From Diadema antillarum (lineage: Eukaryota), in contig NW_027271262.1 of the NCBI RefSeq assembly GCF_040938485.1, positions 1,798,001-1,862,000 of the forward strand: a stretch of 64,000 bases of DNA. Reading direction: 5' to 3'. The translations under genes and the position numbers were made by a program. The first letter of the stretch is position 1, and each line of letters starts with the position of its first letter. The notes under the pieces were generated by a model. That model did not search any database and was not told the origin of the DNA. It saw nothing but the letters and a program-made list of their open reading frames with translations. This document shows positions 12,396-23,300 of this stretch, piece after piece.

Positions 12396-15300
12396 ATGGA
12401 GGCAGATGAACTCGCTCTGGTCGACGATGGCAACTTAAACGTCCAGATGGCCGCGGTGAGTTTGATTGATTGTACAATGCATGGGGTTCACGCAGACAAA
12501 GATACGCGATCATTGAAGGAGTGAACATGAGTGGACGATGCCATATCTTTAAGAGGAATAAAGATTGATGCATCATCTAGCCCAGTGTGATGTAAAAATG
12601 CTGTTTGATTATAAGTTTCTGTCATTATTTCCATCACTTTTGACCCCATTTACCGCTTACCACAACAAGAAAGATTAGACAAACACATAGGGCGACTTTG
12701 TAGCGTTACGATAATGCTGCATGAGTCAGAGCTACAATCGTGTGATAATAATACCATTACAGTGTTATCATTATTAACATTATAATGATAATGATAATAA
12801 TGATAATGATAATCAGTATCATTGTTGCCCTTCTAGATTGTCGTGGTCAATATCGTGTATTACTCTCATGTTTTGATTAGTATTGTCTTTTTTTCTCCCA
12901 AAGGCGGCCAAAGGGTTAGGTGTTTTAACCACGGGTCTCTTTCTGGTTGGTGAGGTGGCCGGAACGGGTGTCCTGGCTCTTCCTCGGGCCGTGGTGGACA
13001 CAGGTATTGACTGTAGACAAGATGACCACCAATTATCATCCCCCTATACCGATGATAACATTCGTTCACAATATTATGTCTCTTTTCTTATCATTCTCTT
13101 AAAGGGATGGTATATAGCTTTGGTTCAGACCTGGCTTCAGGTTTCTAACTTTTTGACGAGATAATGAGAAACCCCATATAAAATGTGAAATAGCATGTAA
13201 TTTCAAGAGGAATTTAGCGTTCATTTGATAGAAATTAATTTTGAAATGGCTGAGGTATCAAAAACATGCGATACTAATATAGGATCTCTTTGCTTTACTT
13301 TTTTTAATATATCTCAGCCATTTTAAAACAAATTTTCATCGAAGAAACTTTGAATTCCTCTTAAAGGGTATGCTCTGTAACATTTCGTAAGTGGTTTCTC
13401 TGTATCCTGCAAAAAGTTACAAGCTCAGTCCTCATCACCACCAATACTGTACCATCCCTTTAAGTGTTAATGGTTCAACCAAATTTCAAGGTAGAGAACC
13501 TTATCTTGAATATTACCTCGGGGAATCTTTCATGAACTACACTTCAAAGATCTGGTGCATTTTATACATTCCCTTGATACACTGGCTTCCAATTCTAATT
13601 TTACACCAGAAATTGTCTGTTATGTCTGAAATGTATTGTCTATGGATACAGATGTCTGCTACATATCGTTTATGGACACGAATGTTTACAAACTGAATTT
13701 AGATACATCGATTACTAGTAATGTGGTAATTTGTTTTCATTTGCTTTTTCAAATAGCTCTATTTACTGTGCACAAAAATATGAGAAAAAAAAGAGTACAC
13801 TGTGAAAGAGAAGGAACAGATGAAATAGCCTAACTACGTTAAAATGAACATGACGTTTTAAAGATTTGAATGGATATCTGGATTTTCCTGTTTTCATAAT
13901 GCGTGTGCAAAGATTTATCGTTCTTTAGTCTCTCATCGACATTAATGGTATATCATTGTTTCGGAGATGTAGCCAGGAAACTATATAGGGATAAATACTG
14001 AACACTACTCATTTCGCGTTGTCCATTCTCTCCTTCCCATCCTCTTCTCTCCGTCTGTTTCTCTTGTCTGTACGACAATAACTCGTATTCCTCTCCTTTC
14101 CCACTCTGTCCCTCTCTTTCACCTCTCATCTCTTTCTTTCTCTCCCCTCTCTTTAATCTTTTCTATCTATTTATCGATCTATCTATCTATCTATATCATT
14201 TATCTATCTATCTTATCTACCTATCTATCCATGTAATCTATCTATAATTCTCTATCTATCTCTCTATCCATCTATCTATCTTTCTATATCTATCTATCTT
14301 ATCTACCTATCTATCCATATAATCTATCTATAATTNNNNNNNNNNNNNNNNNNNNNNNNNNNNNNNNNNNNNNNNNNNNNNNNNNNNNNNNNNNNNNNNN
14401 NNNNNNNNNNNNNNNNNNNNNNNNNNNNNNNNNNNNNNNNNNNNNNNNNNNNNNNNNNNNNNNNNNNNNNATCTATGTTATTATCTATCTATTTATCTAT
14501 ATGTATTTATCTATCTATGTTATCTACATATCTGTCCATATAATCTATCTATATTTCTCTATCTATCTCTCTATCTACATCTATATATCTTTCTATATCT
14601 GTCTATCTATCTATCTACCTATCTATCTCTTTCTCTCTCCTTTTGTGTCCAATAGGGTGGATAGGGTTATTCCTCATTGCTGTGGCAGCCTGTATGTTGG
14701 GTTACACTGGCATCATCTTAGGCCGCTGCTGGACCATCGTCAAGGAGAGATTCCCGGAGAAGTACGGGGGACACACCCGGTACCCGTACCCTGCGATTGG
14801 ATCAGAAGCTTTCGGGAAAGTTGGACGGTAAGTGATCAATACATAAAAACAAATCGGTACTAGTATTTTATATCTTCCTTCTCTTCATAAGATAACACCA
14901 GGAGGCGTGGTGAATATTGATGCAGTATATGCACGTTTCATATCAGCAAATAATATAGAAGCACTTCACGTGCTGTGGGTGTTGCCATGGGGAAAATACT
15001 GTCATCCACTAATAACACGCCTCATTTTGCTGCACCATCGGCATACATCAATTACAATCTTGAAACAAAATCAAACATTGACAGACAATATTTCCAGTCC
15101 AGTATCTCGTCTGATTCTGCAGGCAATATATTAGGATAAAACTTTTCGGGTTGACACTGACCGAGATATATTCCTATGATCTGATTTGTGCCGTACTCCA
15201 AATTCTCCAGTATCGTGCTCAAGTGCATGAAACGATTCCCTGATTTATTATGTAGGCCCTACACACACACGCACGCACATAAAACGCACAATATTTCTTT

Positions 15301-18300
15301 TCTCACCCTATATCATTTCTCTTTTGTTTCCATGCAGCTACTCGGTTCGATTCTGCGTGATTTTCACCATGTTTGGCGCCAGCGTGGTCTTTCTGCTGCT
15401 GGCTGCGGACAACATGCACAACCTCGTCGGAAAATCCCTCAACTTCTGCCAGTGGCCACCCATCATTGCTGCCTGTCTGATCCCGCTCTGCTGGCTGGGA
15501 ACGCCCAAGGATTTCTGGTAAGAGTATTCGCGCAGTATACCAGGCTCAGTTCCAATTACTTGCCGACGAATCTGATGAATGTGACGGACTATAAAGTGAG
15601 CCCTATAAGCTGTTCCTGTATTCAGTCGTGGACGGTTTGCTAAGTTTCTTTACGAATATAATGAATAGGAATTCCCACCGAAGGGAGAATGATCACTACT
15701 TGTATGTTCTGTGTTGTTCTTGTGTTCGATGAATGAATCTTCTTGTGTTCTATAGATGAACATGATGAATGAATGAATGAATGAATGAATGAATGAATGA
15801 ATGATTGAATGAATGAATGTAGAGTGACCGACGCTCTTGACACTGCTTCTTTTCTTACGACGACCTTCCTGTGAAATGTTGGAAGATGTTGTGGGTTCTG
15901 TCGAGCACTATGATGTCACGTGTGTCGAGTTAAAGAGTTTGTATAATGTTCTCAACGCGATTCGTTCGGCAGTTTTGTCATTCATTTGCAAACCTAAAAT
16001 ATAATTTCCATCACATGAAAATGAAAAATGATGAATAATTTATGGAAATGTTCAAAACAATTTTACACATGCCGACAAACCATACGCACCAGTAAACACA
16101 CTCTTTTTCCAGTAAACGAGTTATTGATCAACAAGACATTGAAATGCTAAAAAAAAAAAAGAATATTACAAGAGAGGTTTGTAATGCTTTTTTCTACTCC
16201 TTGGTGTTATAGAAGGTTTCATAATAAGCATTTAATTTAGTGGCACTCATCGTTGCATCATTCCTTGTTATTTCCCTTGATATTGATAGACTGGTTTGTT
16301 GTAATTGCGCCATTGTGACGTCATTGCAATGTTTCACCTCTTCTTCAGGGTAGTCGCTACCGGGGCCTCCATGTCGACAGGGTTAGCGGCTCTGCTGCTC
16401 TTCGTTCAATCTGTCATTGAAATCCCCGTCGAGCCGCCAAACCACACGTCACCCACGGTCATCAGCTTCTTCACAGCTTTCGGGACCATCGTGTTCGCGT
16501 TTGGCGGTCACGGAGCTTTCCCGACGATCCAACACGACATGAAAGACCCGCGACGATTCTACCTCAGCATTTGCATTGGCTATTGCAGTAAGGGTGGCAT
16601 TACACGCTGTCCCGAAATTGACACAAGATGACAATACGAATATAGAATTTTCAATTGCGTGCGAAGTTGGTCCCAAACATGGTCAAATGCCATTCAACAG
16701 CCAAATCAAGTACGATGAATACAGAATTCACACAACACCCGAACCACACACGGAGGCTACACGAAGATGTAAATCTTTATCAAGACGTTTACTCGAACCA
16801 CACACCAAGGAAACTCATGGCTAAACGAAGATTTTGCCACCGCTGACGGGGTTGCTGCTTGGGAAACTCCAGCGGCGGTCATACGATGGCTGAATATGCC
16901 CTCACGAATGACCCAGTGTTTGTACGATCAGAGCCGAATTTGAAACATTTCCTTTATCGTGTGTCCATCTTTGCTCAATTTCGGGACATTGTGACGGTCA
17001 ATAAGTCTTGTGTGCGCATGATGTGGTGTGGTTTCCAAGGACTTGTCCTCATTATGCAAAATTGGGGTTGAACATATAAAAATGTGATCGGTATTTTTAC
17101 GTAAATGTCCATTACATCGGTGTTGAATTTGATATAAAAATCGAGTGACACGCGTATTACAATTTTAATGAGAGGCTAAAAAACATACTTTTGATCATTA
17201 AAATACCTTTTGATTTCAAGAAATGCACAGCAAGATTTTTTCATTTGTTTGTTTGTTTGTTTGGCTGAACTACAAAATAAAGAGGAAAGCTTGAACGACA
17301 GTGATGAAAAGATTAATGCCATGAAAACGACGTACTATTCAAAATGCATCACCATAGAAATCTATGTTTAAAGATGTCAAGGAGTAAACATGGCATTGGC
17401 AAGCACTGTCATTAATCTTGATATAATTCCCACATTTCCCAGCCACGTTCCTGATATACTTTCCTGTCGCGGCTGCCGGTTATTTCGTCTTCGGCGATAA
17501 ATTCATCGAGCTCGACACTGACAACATTCTCCACGTCATTTCGAAGGGAGCCATCCACACCATCGTCACGGTCATGATCATGATGCACCTCGTTCTCAGC
17601 TTCGTAATCTGCATCAACCCCGTCTTTCAGGAGATTGAGGAGGCTTTCTGCATCCCGCTTAGTGAGTTAACTTAGATAGTATTACCTGTTTAGAGCTTTC
17701 GGGCTTCTCATCTTCTTCGTACAGTGACGTACAGGATAAGCTTAGCTCACGGTGAAATTAAATTGCTGTCATTGTTCAGGGTATCAGGCATTTTAGGCCA
17801 AACATCCCATGGCTTCTCATTCATTCAAAGATTCATTTACCTATACTTCAACTGAATTAGAACAATTATTTACGTCAGAACATTGAAAAATATCATTTCT
17901 ATGCTGTTGGGTCGTCCACAGAGAAATGAGTTTTTATGAGTGAAACTAATGACAGTAATAATATGTTATAAGCAATGTAGAATTTTAATATCGAATTTCC
18001 AGAGTGCTTCCCGTGTTTACTGCGTGAAAAACCATACCATGCACTGATGACCACTGCGTGAAATTCGAATGTTTTCATATAATATAATGCAGACACATAC
18101 ACACAGACAGACAGATACATACACACGTGCACGCACACACACGTACGCACATAACGATAGGGACAATCACCATCGTTGCATTACGTAATCAACAGTCTTT
18201 CATTATTTTGTCAACTTCTGTAATGCAAGTATCATCAAGATTGTTTTCAGCTTTCATCTACGCACTGACTATTTCCAAAGTTGTACCAATGATTCCCTGA

Positions 18301-20391
18301 AAAAAAAAAATAATTTTGATCATCTTGACTCCCAGAGTTCAACTGGAAGAGAGTGGTGCTTAGAACTCTTGTTCTGGGACTGGTGCTCTTCACTGGAGAA
18401 ACCATCCCACATTTCGGCACGATCCTCTCACTAGTAGGAGGCTCAACAGTCACCTTGCAGGCAGCCGTCTTCCCTCCTCTATTCTACCTCCGACTGAACT
18501 CCGTGGAAGATTCAACCGGGGTGTGGAAGAAAAGGCAAGTCGTTAGGGTCATAACACGAGTCGGTTCAGACTCCATCTTGTGCAGACATTCAAGATTCTA
18601 ACCACTTTCCACCTGCAGACACCTGTTTAATGTTAGACTGTGGTTCACAGTAAAATTGCGGCTCGGACTATACGTCCAAGATTTACCCCTCGTAATCACA
18701 GTGTTTTTTATGCTTCCTGAATCCCCCTATTTCTTTGAATGGTTGAGATGACCATGAATACACGGCACATTGTCACACTTTGCTTAACGCACGCACCGTT
18801 CGAACCCGTCACAATGTTTCATTACTCATCAGGGGTCGGTTTTACGAAGTCATCACATTAGAATATTTACATAAATCTCAGAATGGCCAAAGTCGCTTAT
18901 AATGTAGCTATGACAGACTTTCAAAGAGAAATAAAATCAATTTTATTTTAATTCGTGTCTTATGAGCGAAGAGTCTCTCATAAGACTTTCGTAAAACGGA
19001 CCCCAGGTCTGTAAGAGCATGTTTTTATGAGAGTTTCAGAGCGAATGACATCATTCATAATATTTGTGTCTTCTGTGTCAAATTTCTCGTTGTGTTGCAA
19101 TGGGCACAAATAAATCATTGCGGTTCTTTTGGCATTTGGGGAGGAGTGACTTTGGGTAATGTCTTTATACTGTAACTTGAAACATGTTTCCTTAACATTA
19201 GTAGCTGATGAGAATCCTCTAGATCTTGTGCATTGATTTTGTCGTTAGACGAAAAATCAACATGAGATGATACATGCTCAGTCTGCTAAAATCACGTGTT
19301 TTTAACACTTTGTCTTTATATAGGCACTACCCATAACATCAGAGCGGTGGAGCGTTTTCAAAGTGGGGGGCACTTCCGGGTTTCATGAGTTAACAAGCAA
19401 AAAAAAAAAAGAAAATCTCCTCGTCTCATCTCTCCCTTTCCACTTCCGGGTTTCTTCAGCTGACAAGCAAAAAAAAAAAAAAGGTCTTTAGCGGAAAAAC
19501 ATAACCTTACCACGCTCACACTTCAAGATCTCTATCTATTTCTTTTAGTGCCACTTACATACTTAATAATAAAAAATAATAAAGAATAATGTCTTATTTA
19601 TCCAGGGTAGCCTCTTCAGTGTTGCCACTGCTCTACCAGAGGGCCCTGTCATTATCATTACCCTAGCGCTGCCAGGTAACCATTTATACACCTGGGTGGA
19701 GAGGGACATTGTGGGTAAAAATCATCTTGTCCAATTACGTAAGCGCTGAGCGGGACTCGAACTCGGGTCCTTCGATCGGGAGAAGCGATGACACCTTATG
19801 TATTTCTTTGTACTTCCGGGTTAAAAAAGTACTTCCGGGTTGAAAAAGTGGGGGGGGGGGCAAAAGTGATGACACCTTATGTATTTTTTTGTACGGTGCA
19901 CAAAAAGTGGGGGCCCAAGCCCCCCTGCCCCCCGGTTCCGCCGACCATGTATATATATACATATGATATATATAGATAGATAGATACATACATACATAGA
20001 TATATGGTCAGATAACATGTAATGTAATGGAAAACTTAGAAGAACATATCAAAATAAAATGACAACAATTTTAAAGGCGTAGTATAAAGAATAGTAACGA
20101 ATGGGTGAGCTTGGAACAGAATTAAGACGTCGATATCTAGAGCTGATATGAACTCCTCCCTTCCTCCATAATTATATGAAATGCAACCGAAAGTAAAGCG
20201 TACGTTCTCCTATCACTCTTCATTCATTCAGAAAGCTCAGCCTACATCACAAGGTTATCCTGATTGAAATCAGTCTGATAGGCGTGGTCGGGGGCGCGGC
20301 ATCGACTTTTTCCGTCATCTACTCCATGGCAACGGGGGCCTCACAGTTCACCGTTCCTTGTTACGTCAACTCCACTGGAGCTCATCTCTAA
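12396..20391 (+). CDS. Amino acid transporter, AAAP/Aa_trans family, paralogue B, 442 aa
   Basis: Coding exons 12396-12455, 12904-13003, 14656-14827, 15338-15517, 16349-16587, 17443-17661, 18336-18534, 20232-20391, with a GC donor at 18535. Motifs GEVAGTGVLALP and FAFGGHGAFPTIQHDMK; ends TVPCYVNSTGAHL*. A probable 5'UTR exon ends at 12199 (AAG|GTAAGT), with acceptor at 12379/12380. Confidence 0.93.
13103..13459. mobile_element. Non-autonomous palindromic DNA transposon (Kolobok-type MITE), copy 1, intron 2 of gene B
   Basis: Flanked by TTAA at 13099-13102 and 13460-13463. Termini AGGGATGGTA...TACCATCCCT. Internal mirror arms GAGGAATT.../...GAATTCCTC and GAAATGGCTGAG/CTCAGCCATTT. Confidence 0.85.
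14158..14632. repeat. Degenerate (CTAT)n microsatellite with internal N gap (14336-14470)
   Basis: Direct reading of the sequence; lies immediately upstream of exon 3 of gene B. Confidence 0.9.
15767..15818. repeat. (GAAT)n microsatellite
   Basis: Direct reading. Confidence 0.85.
16248..16263. promoter_or_regulatory. Candidate ATF4-C/EBP composite (AARE/CARE) element, intron 4 of gene B
   Basis: The same 16-mer as 5801-5816; a CRE palindrome TGACGTCA lies at 16316-16323. Confidence 0.55.
16603..16993. mobile_element. MITE with ~28-bp imperfect TIRs (CAC...GTG ends), intron 5 of gene B
   Basis: The left end CACGCTGTCCCGAAATTGACACAAGATG matches the reverse complement of the right end, CACAATGTCCCGAAATTGAGCAAAGATG. 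No clear TSD. Confidence 0.7.
18833..19003. mobile_element. PIF/Harbinger-type MITE, intron 7 of gene B
   Basis: TIRs GGGTCGGTTTTACGAAG / CTTTCGTAAAACGGACCC, with a 3-bp TSD CAG at 18830-18832 and 19004-19006. Confidence 0.75.
19340..19949. mobile_element. G-tract foldback-like element(s) interrupted by SINE copy 2
   Basis: Left end CAGAGCGGTGGAGCG..AAAGTGGGGGG; right end AAAGTGGGGG..GGTTCCGCCGACCATG. Internal tandem subrepeats contain ACTTCCGGG four times. Confidence 0.55.
19590..19782 (-). mobile_element. Same SINE family, copy 2, 5'-truncated head
   Basis: Reverse complement of the copy-1 body and B box (plus strand GGGACTCGAACTC). The A-box portion is missing. The tail is a TTA-rich run near 19560-19590. 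Confidence 0.85.
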
Positions 20392-23300
20392 GTCACGCCC
20401 ATCGTCATTTTTTTCCGACAGTCCTCATTATAACTGAATAGTGGGATAAAATGAATGCGTAAAAAAGCCAAGGGATTTCCTTCCAGTCCCGTGTGTTAAT
20501 GCATTGGCGCGGGATGCTGCAATGTTTATAAGGGATGTGGCACAGAGCACTGCTGTACAAGGCTTCCTTCACCATTTAACATTCGTATTTCTGGAAAAGC
20601 AATACATCAGCTTTAATACAATCGAGCAGTCGCTATGCAACGATAATCTCTCCCTATCCCTCACTATCCCCTCCCCCTCTCTCTTGTGATGTGATTATCA
20701 TATCCGTGTATTTGCTAGAAATTCATGTATCTGTATTTACGTACTCCTTGTCAGCTAAATTTTCTGTTAAACATTTGAAATTATATAATAAACTGGTATA
20801 TCAGTGTATATAGAGTTGTCAACCATGATAGGAAAAGATAAGTTAAACAAGCAAACTGGTACTCACTTAACATAGAAATTTGGAACAATGAGATTCTTGG
20901 AACTATTCTCAAATACACCAGTATTCAATATTTCATTGACATATCTCTGGCCTTAGTGAGACCTCATTACTTATGATAAATTGATAGCATTACATTCCTT
21001 AGCAGTAATCATATACCCTGAATGTGGTTCATCTGATTGGCGATTTCATAATCATAATAATTATATATATATATAGACTGCATCAGTAGCTGTCATTTAT
21101 GCATCACTTTGAACAGGTGTTTACTTGGCGATTCCTCTCGTTGACATTATCATTCGAATGAAATCATGATGAAACTCTGATATTCAACCGAAAAAACAAC
21201 GATCTTGTGGCAGATGCGTTAAGATTCCGACGTGAAAAAAAAAAATGTAGAGGACCGGTTACTATACAGTCTTCCAATTCATAAATCCTACCCTGAAGAA
21301 CATAACGAACTATTAAATTTACATGTTCTCAAATAATGTGTGCAAATACTTGGAACCCAAGTTAACATGCACTATCTGTACCTGTTGTGATTGTGCCTCG
21401 AGAATGCTTTCTAATCGCCACGGTGTCGGGAACATCTTGTGTTTAAACTTTCGTTTAAACTTTGAATCAGTTTTAAACCGGTCTAGTCACAAAGTGTAAT
21501 TGTTTTTGTCTTTCGCCATGCATGATAGAGTGGGTTGAAAGATAGTCATATGCAAATGAAGTGTGCAGCCTTTCACTGATGACATGTGCATTTCACAGGA
21601 TACACACACACTCATTACTATACACTCACCACACAAATCTTTCAAACTGAATCGGCTGTAAAATATAGATTGCTGAACAGCGCTTATCATAGGAAGACGA
21701 TTAGCTTGTTGAGGTCGAATTTGTTGAACTTTTATTAACTGATATCAACATTTTTATATTTGATACAGACATGTACTGATGACCTGAATAGATGTATATA
21801 CAAACTATAATAGATATTACTAAGCAAAATTACCAAGCGTGTCTTACATGCCACATGATAACAGTACAATAAACATTAATCAATATTGCACAAAATTTTC
21901 AAGTACGTACTACACAAGTTGTCGACGAATAGTGACTGCTTATTCTTTGGTTATTTATATAAAGTATCACATGAGACACTCCAGTGACTTTGAGTCTTCT
22001 TCATTGCACTCTTCGCATTGTATAGCATCCTATCAAACTGGATTCATAAATGTAGAAGTCTAGTATACATCACACTTATTCATCTTTTCCTGCTCTGGCA
22101 AATCCGTTGACACTTAGCGTCTTCATAATCAGTTTCATGAACTTTTTTTTCATGAACAGTCGTATCGTATGTGTAAGAATTACAAGGTGTTTTAAGAAGA
22201 AAGTAGATTTTTCGCATTATGTCTGAATTCTAGAAAGATGTAAAATTGTCTCTTCCAAAAGGGAAATAATATTGGCATTTTCAAATAATTATTTCAATTT
22301 CGATTTTCTAAAATAAACATGAAAATTGGTTTAAACATGTCAAAGGTACTGGATACAAATCTCTCATAACATGACTTTGCTCAAGGTGAATATTTCATAG
22401 GAATTCACCTGCGCACACATTACGGACACATCTACCTTCAACACACTGGCCATCAACGTGGCCCTTCATTCTCACGCACCAAGTATCATTGTTCAAATCT
22501 TGATGTCTTGTTATATGGCATCGGAAATGTGCTGCACTCTGACTCTACACGTACATGTTGTATCTTACGTAAACATGATAACACGAGAAAATACATACGC
22601 AGAAACTTTACAGAAAATGTGCTGATTGGTTTCTCATGCTCTTTCATTCCTCGAAGATCAAATTAGAAGCTAAAACAAAATAAACACATATAACTCTATA
22701 GACTGATGTTCAAGAGTTTTTAACATAATTGTGTAGCTGAATTGCACTATTCATAGTAACATTTGACAAGATTGTTATCATAATATTCACATTATAATAA
22801 GAGATGGGACGAGAGATCTGTTCTCACTTTACCTGAAACATCTGGTCACAGGAAGTCAATATTTTCCATGCAGTATATAACTCTTAATGCAGTGTATATA
22901 TACTTTCGAACAGTAATGATGACGTTCTCGCTGAACAAGACAGTTCCGTGGGTCTGTTAAGGTATCTCAATTGATATAAACATCTATCTCGGCGAAGGGG
23001 CTTGAACTGGCGACAAATGATAACGACCACATAGTTGGCTAAGATTGAATGAATAGCGACGAATAAGTGCGTGAGGTGGGGACGACGATGAAGTCCACGT
23101 CGATGACGACTGCAGAAGAATGATTGCATATGAAACTCTTTATTCGCTCCTTCAACTTCTTTAACTCTTTTATTTTATGTACCATTTCTCTCTTACACAC
23201 ACGCCTCTCTTTCATCCCACAATGCGCGATTCTTTCTTCAAACAAGAGACGAGGACTTCCAACATTTTCTGCCCAGTGCTCCGGCGAACGATAAGTGCAT

